DNA of 35,431 nucleotides from Myxococcota bacterium (GTDB lineage Bacteria > Myxococcota > JACRCW01), in NCBI GenBank assembly GCA_040752415.1, contig JBFMGU010000104.1:1-35431 (forward strand). Direction: 5' to 3'. Made by a program: the position numbers and the translations under genes. The notes beneath the pieces are model-generated. The model ran no database searches. It was not told where the DNA came from and was given only the letters and a program-made list of their open reading frames with translations. Of the stretch, positions 18,210-27,294 are shown in pieces. The first letter of the stretch is position 1, and every line of letters starts with the position of its first letter.

Positions 18210-19110
18210 GATGACGACGGAAAACCTGTCCACCGCCGCCACGGAGCGCCCATTCAGCGCGACGAGACAGCGGCCAGCAATGTAGGGGCTGCCCGTTGCC
18301 GGTAACGCGTGAACGGTGAAGGTGGCCGGCAATGGTCAGCCCCGAGCCGCGCTGTCATGACGACGGAAAACGGCACGCGATGCGACCGGACCGACCGATT
18401 CAGCGCGTTGGAGAACCGGCCTGCAATGTAGGGGCTGCCCGTTGCCGGCACCGCGTGAACGGTGAAGGTGGCCGGCAATGGTCAGCCCCGGGCCCAGCGG
18501 TTCGTGACGACGGGAATTGGTCTGCAACATCGGCCCAGCGGCTCATGACGCCGGAAACCGGCCCGCAATATGGGACTTGGGCGAGCTGCGTCGACCGGTG
18601 AAGAACGTTGTGCGGTGGCAGCGGTTCGTCAGTCGGATCGAGCGACCCAAACGAGGGCCCCAAGTGTCGTCGATGATGCAGCTCGGAAGCCGCAGCATGC
18701 AGCCAGTTTCCGTCATCATGAATCGCTGGGCCCGGGGCTGACCGCTGCCGGCCACTTCACCGTTCACGCGGTACCGGCAACGGGCAGCCCCTACATTGCA
18801 GGCCGGTTCTCCAGCGCGCTGAATCGGTCGGTCCGGTCGCATCGCGTGCCGTTTTCCGTCGTCATGACGGCGCAGCCCCGGGGCTGACCATTGCCGGCCA
18901 CCTTCACCATTCACGCGTTACCGGCAACGGGCAGCCCCTACATTGCTGGCCGCTGTGTCGTCGCGATGAACAGGTCGGTCGTCGCGGACCGGTTTGCCGT
19001 CGCCATGACAGCGTGGCCCGGGGCTGACCATTGCCGGCCACCTTCACCGTTCACGCGTTACCGGCAACGGGCAGCCCCTACATGCTGGCCGCTTCTCCGT
19101 CGTGGTGATG
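18210..19110. repeat. REP/BIME-like composite element with five ~68-bp GTAG-hairpin cores
   Basis: Core GCAATGTAGGGGCTGCCCGTTGCCGG..CCGGCAATGGTCAGCCCCG at 18277-18344(+), 18423-18490(+), 18733-18799(-), 18879-18946(-), 19019-19085(-); 18258-18526 and 18698-18965 are near-perfect inverted arms. Confidence 0.9.
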
Positions 19111-19128
19111 AACCGTTGTGCGATGGCA

Positions 19129-20547
19129 TCAGTAGAAGCCCAACACCGGGTCCAGGATGGTGCGCGCCACGCTGCCCCATGGGCGCGCCGCCTCCGCGCT
19201 GGCGGGGTCCACCAGCTCCGTGCTCTTGGCCACCGCGTAGTCAAAGAACGCCCGACACTCCGCCGCCAGCTTGGGGTCCTCGATCTCGTAGTGCATCTCG
19301 TCGTTGGCCGCCGACGACGGCACGTTCAGGTTGTGCGACCCGAAGAACACCGTGTTGTCCACGATCATCAGCTTCAGGTGCATGAACCACCACGGGCTGG
19401 TCCTGCGGAACTTGTGCACCTGCATGCCGTGCTTGGTCAGGTCCGCGATGTCATTGATGCTGGCCAGGTACGCCATGGTGGTGATGGGCGGCGCCACCAG
19501 CTCCCCGTTGGTCAGCATGCTCACCTTGGCGCCACGCTCGCGCGCCTCGATCACCGCCTGCTTCAAGCGCGGATGCAGGATGGCGTACATCGACGTGAAA
19601 CGGACCTCGCTGCCCGCTCCGGCGGTGGACAGACGCGCCACCGCAGCGTCGATGACCGGGTCCTTGAGTTGACGCAGGCGCTTCTCGAAGATCCACGGCT
19701 TGTCGGCGGCGCCGGGGGCCAGCTGCGCCATCTGCCGGACGAAGTCGTAGTGCAACAGCCGTCCCCGACGTCCCGCCTCCGTGGTCAACGTCTGCGGCGG
19801 CGGCTGGTGCAGCCAGATGATGAGCCCGGCCAGCTCCTCCTTGCCCTTCTCGTCCAAGCGGGCCTTCTCGTTGGGGAGCCACTGCGTGACCTGGCGCGGC
19901 GTGCGCTCGCTCCTTCGGAACGTGGGCGTGTGGATCTCTCCGCCCGCCTTGGCGGCCGCCAGCAGCTCCTCGAACGCCGTCTGCGACTGGTCCACCAACG
20001 CGCCCTTCATGGCGAACGCGCTGTCAATCCACCCCAGCGAGCCCTCCGCGTGCCCGCGCCCCGTCGTCAACGCCCAGTGGCGGTCCACGATCATGATCTT
20101 GCCGTGGATGCCGTCGCTGGGGTGCCAACCGCTGCGCGCCACCGCAATGGGTGACCCGAACACCACGTACTCGATGGGCACCGCGGTGGGCGGGTTGGTG
20201 GTGTAGCTGGGCGACTCATTGAACGGGTGCGTCAGGTACTGGAAGAACCAGTGGGTGATGATGCGCACCTTGACGCCGCGGTCCGCCGCCTCACGCAGCG
20301 CGCTGAGCACGGGGAGGCCCACGGCCTCGTCGTCACCCTGCTCGTAGATGACCACGTCAATGCTCTCGCGAGCCTGGCGGATCATGTACAGGCGGAGCTG
20401 CAGCTCAACGCGCGGGTCGGGAATGAACTTGAGGTCATCCCCCAGCGGCACCCACGGGTAGGCCCCCGCGTGTGCGGGAAGGACGGCGCCGGCGGTCAGC
20501 AGCAGTGCCAACCCCAGGCTCGCCATTCCTCGTCGCAGACCCGCCAT
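19129..20547 (-). CDS. Exported phospholipase D superfamily protein (two HKD motifs)
   Basis: HGKIMIVD and HLKLMIVD..FFGSHNLN; EAADRGVKVRI; signal-peptide-like LGLALLLTAGAVLPAHA; start uncertain (20526/20547/20613). Confidence 0.85.
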   Translation of the reverse strand: MAGLRRGMASLGLALLLTAGAVLPAHAGAYPWVPLGDDLKFIPDPRVELQLRLYMIRQARESIDVVIYEQGDDEAVGLPVLSALREAADRGVKVRIITHWFFQYLTHPFNESPSYTTNPPTAVPIEYVVFGSPIAVARSGWHPSDGIHGKIMIVDRHWALTTGRGHAEGSLGWIDSAFAMKGALVDQSQTAFEELLAAAKAGGEIHTPTFRRSERTPRQVTQWLPNEKARLDEKGKEELAGLIIWLHQPPPQTLTTEAGRRGRLLHYDFVRQMAQLAPGAADKPWIFEKRLRQLKDPVIDAAVARLSTAGAGSEVRFTSMYAILHPRLKQAVIEARERGAKVSMLTNGELVAPPITTMAYLASINDIADLTKHGMQVHKFRRTSPWWFMHLKLMIVDNTVFFGSHNLNVPSSAANDEMHYEIEDPKLAAECRAFFDYAVAKSTELVDPASAEAARPWGSVARTILDPVLGFY

Positions 20548-20693
20548 CCCGTGCATCCGTTGTGCTCCAGCTGCCATGCCTAGCCGTTGCCACGCGTCCG
20601 CGCCACCGCCCACGCGACGGGCGCCTCAACCGGCGCGCAGGATATTCAGGACGGGAGATCGGTCAAGCCCGACGAGCGCTCACGGCCCAGGCG

Positions 20694-21632
20694 TCACGCC
20701 GCCAACGGCTCGGCGTCTCCGGACAGCGCGCTCGGTGCCCCGCCGGATGCCACCTTCTCCGACGTCACCAGGTGGGCCACCTCCGGCTCCAGCGTGCCCT
20801 TCACGCTGGCCGGGTCCAGCAGGTGAAGGATGTGCGCGGTGCGCCGGGGCAGCAGGCTCCAGTGCAGCGTGGGCTTCTCGTGGTGGGCGGCGTGGTGGCC
20901 GATGTTGAACGTGAAGCGGTTGAAGGCGCGGCCCAGGATGGTGTGGCTTCCGTCGTAGTGGGAGGTGCTCTTCACGTCGAGGTGGTGGTCGTAGGAGACC
21001 ATCCACACCGTGTAGCCGGCAATGACGTCGGGGACGAGGATGAACCAGAAGAACGCCCACGGGTTCACCATCGCCAGCGCGCCGCACAACACCGTGGCCA
21101 CCACGAGATGCGTCACCAGCTTGGGCAGGTGATTCCCGCGCCCCAGCGCCCGCTCCTGGCGCGCAATGCGGATGGCGTCGCGGATGATGGTGAGGTTGCC
21201 CACCACGCAGTAGCGCCAGCGCGGCATGGGCTTGCCGGTGCGCGGGTCGATGATCGACGCCGGGTCGAGCGCGGGCGTGAGGTAGTGGCGGTGATGCCCG
21301 CGCGCGTGCTGCAGCTCCCACAGCGATGTCACGTAGCCGGTCATCAGCGCGAGCTGCAGGTCGTAGACGTGGTTGGGCCAGCGGCGCCAGAACGCTGGCA
21401 GGTGCCCCTGGTTGTGCTGCAGGTAGGGACAGCTGCTGCGCAGGAAGAACACCGGGATGGCCAGCAGCACCTGGCCCCACAGCGGCAGCTCGACGAGGAA
21501 CGGCACCAGCGAGAGCAACAGCGTGGCCTGCACCCACAGGAGCGGGATGACGTCGATGTTGTAGCGGAGGAGGCCCTTGCGACGGGAAGCTTGCCGCTCA
21601 CGGGAGGCGAGCAGCGCGGGAGACAACGACAT
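20694..21632 (-). CDS. Membrane fatty acid desaturase family protein
   Basis: His boxes HNQGH, HARGHH, HHAAHH; SYDHH; TM segments; start 21632 or 21674. Confidence 0.85.
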   Translation of the reverse strand: MSLSPALLASRERQASRRKGLLRYNIDVIPLLWVQATLLLSLVPFLVELPLWGQVLLAIPVFFLRSSCPYLQHNQGHLPAFWRRWPNHVYDLQLALMTGYVTSLWELQHARGHHRHYLTPALDPASIIDPRTGKPMPRWRYCVVGNLTIIRDAIRIARQERALGRGNHLPKLVTHLVVATVLCGALAMVNPWAFFWFILVPDVIAGYTVWMVSYDHHLDVKSTSHYDGSHTILGRAFNRFTFNIGHHAAHHEKPTLHWSLLPRRTAHILHLLDPASVKGTLEPEVAHLVTSEKVASGGAPSALSGDAEPLAA

Positions 21633-21698
21633 GAACACCCTTTGGAAAGCGTGACTTCCCAAGGGTTGGCCCACGCACCGTCATGAACGTGTCACGCT

Positions 21699-21911
21699 TC
21701 ACTGCGGCTTACGGATTTTAGCCTCGACTTCGTCGCGGTGCGTGGCCAGGAACTCGTCCACGGCGGCCTCGGTGAGCTCCAGGTCCTCGAGCACGCCCTG
21801 GTAGAGCAGCTGGAACCCGGGCGAGTCGCCTTCGCGCTTGTTCTCGAACGTGGCCTTGAGCACGGCCGCGCCCATCAACCGCTCCTCCAGCGTCTTCTGC
21901 TTCTTGGCCAT
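21699..21911 (-). CDS. Small (70 aa) helical hypothetical protein
   Basis: MAKKQKTLEERL...; ATG 10 bp after the eutL stop with GGAG RBS; typical codon usage. Confidence 0.7.
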   Translation of the reverse strand: MAKKQKTLEERLMGAAVLKATFENKREGDSPGFQLLYQGVLEDLELTEAAVDEFLATHRDEVEAKIRKPQ

Positions 21912-21921
21912 GGGACGCTCC

Positions 21922-22635
21922 TCAGCGACGCAGCCGCTCCGGCCTCCGCGCACCCGCCATGGGAGCGTTGGCCACCGAGCGCACGCCTTCCGCGAACGCC
22001 GCCGCCGCGGCCTCCACCTCGGCCAGCGTGCCGACGAGATAGGCACCGCCGAAGTTCGTCTCGCTGGGCGGCGGGATGTGCTTGGCCAGCCGCACGTTGG
22101 CGGCCTTCAACGCCAGGTCCAGCGCCAACACGCTCTCCAGCGGCGGCGCAATGAGATACGCCATGGGGTCCCCGACGGGAATGCCCGCCTGCGGCGCCAG
22201 GTACCGTCCTGTCTCGCTGATGATGTGCGCGAAGAACGCGGGTTGGTTGTCGCCCTCGTAGGCGTGGAAGCAGATGGATTCCTGCAGCGCCTCACGCAGG
22301 GCCCAGAGGCCTTCCGCCACGTCGTCAGGTTGACGCCCGGCCAGGATGCCCAGGATCTCACCGGAGTACGGACCGGAGGCGTGCTTGGACCCGGCGTAGA
22401 AGCTCTTGGCAAACACCACGTCGACTTCGGCGTACTTCGTGGCGTGGTCCAGGGCCACGTACATGGCGTCGTCCTGGTCACAGGTCACCAGGCCCGCGGA
22501 GGTGTGGCGCTCCGGGTCCAGGCCCAACGCCTTGGCGAGCTGCGCGTCGACGACGTCAATGTGGCGACACGCCAGCACCTTGGGGCGCAACGGCACCAAC
22601 CCGGGCACCAGCTCGGCAATGCGACGCGCGCTCAT
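21922..22635 (-). CDS. eutL: Ethanolamine utilization microcompartment shell protein EutL (BMC-T)
   Basis: DQDDAMYVALDHATK, KSFYAG..HASGPYSGE, MAYLIAPPLE, PPSETNFGG; ATGA overlap with the eutC stop. Confidence 0.92.
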   Translation of the reverse strand: MSARRIAELVPGLVPLRPKVLACRHIDVVDAQLAKALGLDPERHTSAGLVTCDQDDAMYVALDHATKYAEVDVVFAKSFYAGSKHASGPYSGEILGILAGRQPDDVAEGLWALREALQESICFHAYEGDNQPAFFAHIISETGRYLAPQAGIPVGDPMAYLIAPPLESVLALDLALKAANVRLAKHIPPPSETNFGGAYLVGTLAEVEAAAAAFAEGVRSVANAPMAGARRPERLRR

Positions 22636-23510
22636 TTGCCACTCCGCGTGAGGTGCACACCGCCACCGCCGGCCGCGAAGGTGCGCTTGAGCAAGGTGGC
22701 ACACTCGTGCGCCGCCTCGACGGGCGGGATGCCCAGGGGACGGATGTTGGAGATGCAGTCCTTCTCCGCGTTGTCCTGGCCCAGCTTGGGGCCGTACGCG
22801 GTGTAGATGGACAGGCTGTCGCCGGTGCCGAGTCCCGGTCGCTCCCCGACGAGAATCACGGTGGCCTTGGCCCCCAGGATGACGCCAATCTCATCCTGCA
22901 CACCCACGCGCGCATGCTGCACGAACACCGGCTTGCCAACCTTGAAACCCTGCGCCTGCAGCGCGGAGACGAGCGCGGGCACCAGCGCGGGACCGTTGTG
23001 CTCCAGCGCCCACGCGCTGAGTCCGTCGCCGCAGATGACCACCACGTCGGCGCCGCGGGTTCCCTCGCGCTCCAGCTTGGCGCGACTCTCGTCGTCCAGG
23101 CGGCGGCCCTGGTCGGGGTAGAGCAGGAACTCCGCGTGGTCCTTGCAGCGCGTCTTCAGCTCCACGCATCCCAGCTGCTTGGGCAGCGCCGGTGGCACCG
23201 TGCTGTGCACCGCGTCCAGCGCAATCGCGTGCTCGGCGCGCAGGCCCACGTAGACGTGCGTGAGGTAGCGCGTGCCGGTGCGCCCCTGCGCCAGTCGCGC
23301 CGGGGTGGAGGCCTTGAGTGCGCGCAGCTCCTCGTCGTCAAACGGCGTGGTGCGCGGGACCGCGCGCGGCTTGCACACCGCGTCTCCCGGCGGAGGCTCG
23401 GGGGGAGGAGGCACGCCTTTTCCGGGGAGCACGCCGCCAACCTCCTCGGTCAGCATCTCCCGCAACACCTCGCGCACCACGGATTCCAGCAGCGCCTTGT
23501 CCAGCATCAC
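22632..23510 (-). CDS. eutC: Ethanolamine ammonia-lyase small subunit
   Basis: STPARLAQGRTG, PDQGRRL, DGLS, ARVGVQDEIG, VGERPGL, CISNI. Confidence 0.95.
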   Translation of the reverse strand: MMLDKALLESVVREVLREMLTEEVGGVLPGKGVPPPPEPPPGDAVCKPRAVPRTTPFDDEELRALKASTPARLAQGRTGTRYLTHVYVGLRAEHAIALDAVHSTVPPALPKQLGCVELKTRCKDHAEFLLYPDQGRRLDDESRAKLEREGTRGADVVVICGDGLSAWALEHNGPALVPALVSALQAQGFKVGKPVFVQHARVGVQDEIGVILGAKATVILVGERPGLGTGDSLSIYTAYGPKLGQDNAEKDCISNIRPLGIPPVEAAHECATLLKRTFAAGGGGVHLTRSGK

Positions 23511-23523
23511 GCCCTCCCGAGGT

Positions 23524-24897
23524 TCAGCCGTCGCCGTGGGCGAAGATGGACGCGTCGCCGGCGCGCTTGGTGAGTCTGCCGTTGCGCCACAAGCCCAGCT
23601 CCTCCATCCACGCCTCGAACTCCGGCGCGGGACGGAAGCCCAACAGCTCGCGCAGTGCCGCGTTGTTGTGGAAGGAGGTGGTCTGGTAGTTCAGCATGAC
23701 GTCGTCACCCATGGGGATGCCCATGAGGTAGTTCACGCCCGCCGTGCCCAGCAGGATCTCCAGGTTCTCCTGGTCGTTCTGGTCCGCCTCGGCGTGGTTG
23801 GTGTAGCAGGCGTCGCAGCCCATGGAGATGCCGCTGAGCTTCCCCATGAAGTGATCCTCCAGGCCGGCGCGCGTGATCTCCTTGCCGTTGCGCAGGTACT
23901 CCGGACCAATGAATCCCACGACGGAATTCACGAGGAACGGCTTGTACCGACGAGCCAGCCCGTAGGCGCGCGCCTCCATGGTGACCTGGTCGGTGTCGTG
24001 GTGCGCGTTGGCGGAGAGCGCGGTGCCCTGCCCCGTCTCGAAGTACATGACGTTGGGGCCCTTGGCCGTCCCCTCGCGGCGCGTGAGGTCGTACGCCTCG
24101 TCGAGCAGCTTCACCGAGATGCCGAAGTTGCGGTTGGCGCCCTCACTGCCGGCAATGGACTGGAACATCAGGTCCAGCGGCGCGCCCTGCTCCATGGCCT
24201 TCATCTGCACGGTGAGATGGCTGAGCACGCAGTTCTGCGTGGGCACGCGCACCCGGCGCATGAAGTCCTTCACGCCCTTGAGGATGTCGACGGTGCCCTG
24301 CACGCTGCCGGTGGCGGGGTTGACGCCAATCACCGCGTCGCCGTTGCCAAAGCTGAGCCCGTCCTTCACCGCGGCCAGCACGCCCTGCACGTCGTCGCGC
24401 GGGTGGTTGGGCTGCAGGCGGGAGCTGATGCGACCGGGCAGGCCCAGCGTGTTGTTGCACCGGACCACCACGCGGATCTTCCGCCCCGCGCTCACCAGGT
24501 CCATGTTGCTCATCAGCTTGGCCACGCCGGCCACCATCTCCGGGGTGAGGCCGGGGCTGACCTCCAGCACGTCGTCACCGGTGGTGTCGGCGTCCAGGAT
24601 CCACTCCCGCAGCTGGCCCACCGTCCACCCGCACACCCTGGAGAACGCGCGCGCATCCAGGGAATCCTCGACGACACGCGTCACCTCGTCCTGCTCGTAG
24701 GGCACCGAGGGATTCTCGCGCAGGTCCTTGAGCGTGAGGTTGGCCAGCACCCACTTGGCCGCCGCCATCTCGCGCATGGAGCGCGGCGCCAGGCCGGCCT
24801 GCACGTCGCCACTGCGCGGCTCATTGGCACGCGCCAGGACCTCCTTGACGGAGCGGAACGTGAAATTCTCGCCAAAGAGCGTGGTGGAGAGCTTCAT
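23524..24897 (-). CDS. eutB: Ethanolamine ammonia-lyase large subunit
   Basis: RSGD, RLQPNHP, GDAVIGVNP, MYFETGQG, VVGFIGPEY, GLEDHFMGKL, CYTNH, DDVMLNYQTTSFH. Confidence 0.97.
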   Translation of the reverse strand: MKLSTTLFGENFTFRSVKEVLARANEPRSGDVQAGLAPRSMREMAAAKWVLANLTLKDLRENPSVPYEQDEVTRVVEDSLDARAFSRVCGWTVGQLREWILDADTTGDDVLEVSPGLTPEMVAGVAKLMSNMDLVSAGRKIRVVVRCNNTLGLPGRISSRLQPNHPRDDVQGVLAAVKDGLSFGNGDAVIGVNPATGSVQGTVDILKGVKDFMRRVRVPTQNCVLSHLTVQMKAMEQGAPLDLMFQSIAGSEGANRNFGISVKLLDEAYDLTRREGTAKGPNVMYFETGQGTALSANAHHDTDQVTMEARAYGLARRYKPFLVNSVVGFIGPEYLRNGKEITRAGLEDHFMGKLSGISMGCDACYTNHAEADQNDQENLEILLGTAGVNYLMGIPMGDDVMLNYQTTSFHNNAALRELLGFRPAPEFEAWMEELGLWRNGRLTKRAGDASIFAHGDG

Positions 24898-25001
24898 GGA
24901 CGGGCTTCATCTAGCGCAGCGTGTTGCCCCCGCGCCACCCCGCGCGCACGCCGCCAGGTGCTTGGACGCCGCCGCCACATGCGCGAAACTGCGCCCAGCC
25001 C

Positions 25002-25823
25002 ATGCTCCCGGTGCGCCGTCTCCACCACCCCCTTCTGCTGCTCCTGTTGCTGGCCGCAAGCCCGGTGCGCGCGGCGGGGAAACCCATCCTGGCGGTGCTG
25101 CCGCTCGACGCTGCCGCGGGCGTGGACCGCGCCCAGGCCCAGCTGTTCACGGAGCCACTGGTCCAGGAGCTGCGCGACAGCCGCGCCTTCACCCGCGTGG
25201 TGACGCCCCAGGAGCTGGCCGCGCTCATGCCGCCGGAACAACAGGCCCAGCTCCTCCGCTGCGCGCAGGACGAGTGCGCCGTGGTGGACCTGGACCTCGC
25301 CGGCGCGCTCGGGGCCTCGCATCTCCTCGTGGGCAACGTGGGGCGGCTGGATGACGTCTGGCTCTTGAACGTGAAGCTGCTGGAGCTGTCGACGTCACTG
25401 GTGGTGGGCTCCGTCTCGGAACGTGTGACCGGTCCCGCATCCGCGCTGCTGGACGCCATCCGTCCCGCGGTGCGCAAGCTGCTGCAGCAGGGCGGCTTCG
25501 CCGTGGCCCCCAAGCGCGACGGAGGACCACTCAAACGCACCGACATCCAGGGTGGCGCGCTCGGCGTGCTGGGCCTGGGCGCGGCCATCTCGTCGACGCT
25601 GGCGGCGGGGGCGGCGGTGCTGTGGGTGGTTGCGGTGCTGCGGTTTCCGCTCTTTGTGGCGCTTCTGCCACCGCTCTCCGCGCAGGCTTCCGATCCCGAG
25701 TTCTACGCGAACCGCTACGGCGGGGCCGTGCTGCTGGCGGGAGCGTCTGGCATCCTCGTCCTGCTCGCGGTGGCGAGCCTGGCCGTGGGAGGTTCCGTGG
25801 CGGTCCTGGGGAGGTTCCGGTGA
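25002..25823 (+). CDS. Exported/membrane protein with TolB-N/CsgG-like N-terminal domain
   Basis: Signal peptide to PVRA; LAVLPL..., C-x4-C...LAGALGASHLLVGNVGRL pattern; two C-terminal TM helices. Confidence 0.7.
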   Translation: MLPVRRLHHPLLLLLLLAASPVRAAGKPILAVLPLDAAAGVDRAQAQLFTEPLVQELRDSRAFTRVVTPQELAALMPPEQQAQLLRCAQDECAVVDLDLAGALGASHLLVGNVGRLDDVWLLNVKLLELSTSLVVGSVSERVTGPASALLDAIRPAVRKLLQQGGFAVAPKRDGGPLKRTDIQGGALGVLGLGAAISSTLAAGAAVLWVVAVLRFPLFVALLPPLSAQASDPEFYANRYGGAVLLAGASGILVLLAVASLAVGGSVAVLGRFR

Positions 25824-27277
25824 AGAACGCGTGGCTGACCAGCCTGGTCGCGCTGCTGCTCTCCGTCGGAGGATGCAAGGAGACCGCGTGCAACTCCGAC
25901 GCGGACTGTCCCGGCGACTACACCTGCGTGGTCGGCTCCTGCTCAGCGGCGGGCACGTTGGAGGCCAGCTCCACCTCGGGCGGCGGACAATCCTCGTCGT
26001 CATCCAGCAGTAGCTCCTCGAGCGCGGGCACCACGTCCAGCTCCGGCACCGTCTCCAGCACGTCCAACCCCGGAAGCACCAGCACCGTCTCCTCCACCAG
26101 CTCCGGCGTCATCACCACCACGTCCAGCACCGGATCCTCCTCGTCGGGAGCCAGCAGCTCCGCGGCGACAACGAGCGCATCCGCGGCCACGTCCACGGCC
26201 AGCACCACGGGTGGAACGTCCACGTCGTCCAACGTGGCCTCGTCGTCCAGCGGCGCGCTCTCCACGTCGTCGTCCACCGGTTCCTCGTCGTCCTCCAGCT
26301 CCTCCGGCGGCGTGCCCGACGCGGGCGCTCCGGATGCCGCATGCGCGCAGCCCGAGTCCTGCGCCAATCCCGGTGTCGACAACGACTGCGACGGAAACAC
26401 CACCGAGCTGGAGAACGGCATCCCCGCCGGAGGCACCTGCGTGGCGGGCCAGGGCATCTGCGCGCCGGGCATCTACCAGTGCGCGGATGGCGGAGTGATC
26501 TGCCAGCGGACCGTTTCGCCGGGGACCGAGAGCTGTTCCAACCAGGGCACCGACGACGACTGCGACGGTGATACCACCGAGATCGCCGACGGAGTCCACG
26601 CGGGCGACTCGTGCAGCACCGGGCTGGCCGCACCGTGCGGAACGGGCACCACGGTGTGTGAGAACGGCTCCTTCAAGTGTCAGTCCCCCGCGGGCAACGC
26701 CGAGACGTGCGACAATGCCGGCGTCGACGACAACTGCGACGGCACCACGGACAACATCCCCAACCTTGGCGAGGGGTGCAACACGGGCAACTACGGCATC
26801 TGCGCCTTTGGCACCAGGCAGTGCGACGCCTTCTATGGCGAAGTCTGCTCGCAGACCTACGCGCCGGACACCGAGGCCTGCGGCAACTACGGTACCGACG
26901 ACGACTGCGACGGCGACGAGTACGAGATCAGCGACGGGATCCACTGGTACGACAGCTGCGCGTGCAGCGGCGCCACCTACGCGTGCCAGGGTAGCTACCT
27001 GTACTGCGACTTTGGCGCGCAGCAGCCTCCGTCGGAAACCTGCAACGGCGCCGACGACAACTGCGACGGGCAGACCGACGAATCCAGTTGCGCCAACCAA
27101 CTCGCCTGCTTCTACAACAACGCCTATGGCGGCTACGAGTGCGGTTGCTACAGCCTCTACCAATGCAACGGAAGCGGGAACTCCGGCAGCGACGTCGCGT
27201 GTGACAGCGGCCGGTGCAAGTGCAACGGAACGACCTGCGCGGCGGGACAGATCTGTGTCAACCGGCAGTGCTCATGA
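25820..27277 (+). CDS. Cys-rich lipoprotein with Ser/Thr linker and repeated DxDCDG putative metal-binding motifs
   Basis: GTG start overlapping upstream stop; lipobox SVGGC; ~100 aa S/T linker; five E-x-C...D[ND][DN]CDG repeats. Confidence 0.85.
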   Translation: MKNAWLTSLVALLLSVGGCKETACNSDADCPGDYTCVVGSCSAAGTLEASSTSGGGQSSSSSSSSSSSAGTTSSSGTVSSTSNPGSTSTVSSTSSGVITTTSSTGSSSSGASSSAATTSASAATSTASTTGGTSTSSNVASSSSGALSTSSSTGSSSSSSSSGGVPDAGAPDAACAQPESCANPGVDNDCDGNTTELENGIPAGGTCVAGQGICAPGIYQCADGGVICQRTVSPGTESCSNQGTDDDCDGDTTEIADGVHAGDSCSTGLAAPCGTGTTVCENGSFKCQSPAGNAETCDNAGVDDNCDGTTDNIPNLGEGCNTGNYGICAFGTRQCDAFYGEVCSQTYAPDTEACGNYGTDDDCDGDEYEISDGIHWYDSCACSGATYACQGSYLYCDFGAQQPPSETCNGADDNCDGQTDESSCANQLACFYNNAYGGYECGCYSLYQCNGSGNSGSDVACDSGRCKCNGTTCAAGQICVNRQCS

Positions 27278-27294
27278 ACGACTGACGCGCGCCC

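Noticed and set aside
18277..19085. CRISPR array
   Set aside because: Repeats are ~68 bp in both orientations, linkers are related to each other and mirrored, and no cas genes are present
18066..19385. Small ORFs beginning MPATFTVHA
   Set aside because: Translations of the REP-like repeat with no RBS or coding bias
24898..25001. Cobalamin riboswitch or ANTAR hairpins upstream of eutB
   Set aside because: Only ~100 bp of divergent intergenic DNA; no B12-box or twin ANTAR motifs recognised
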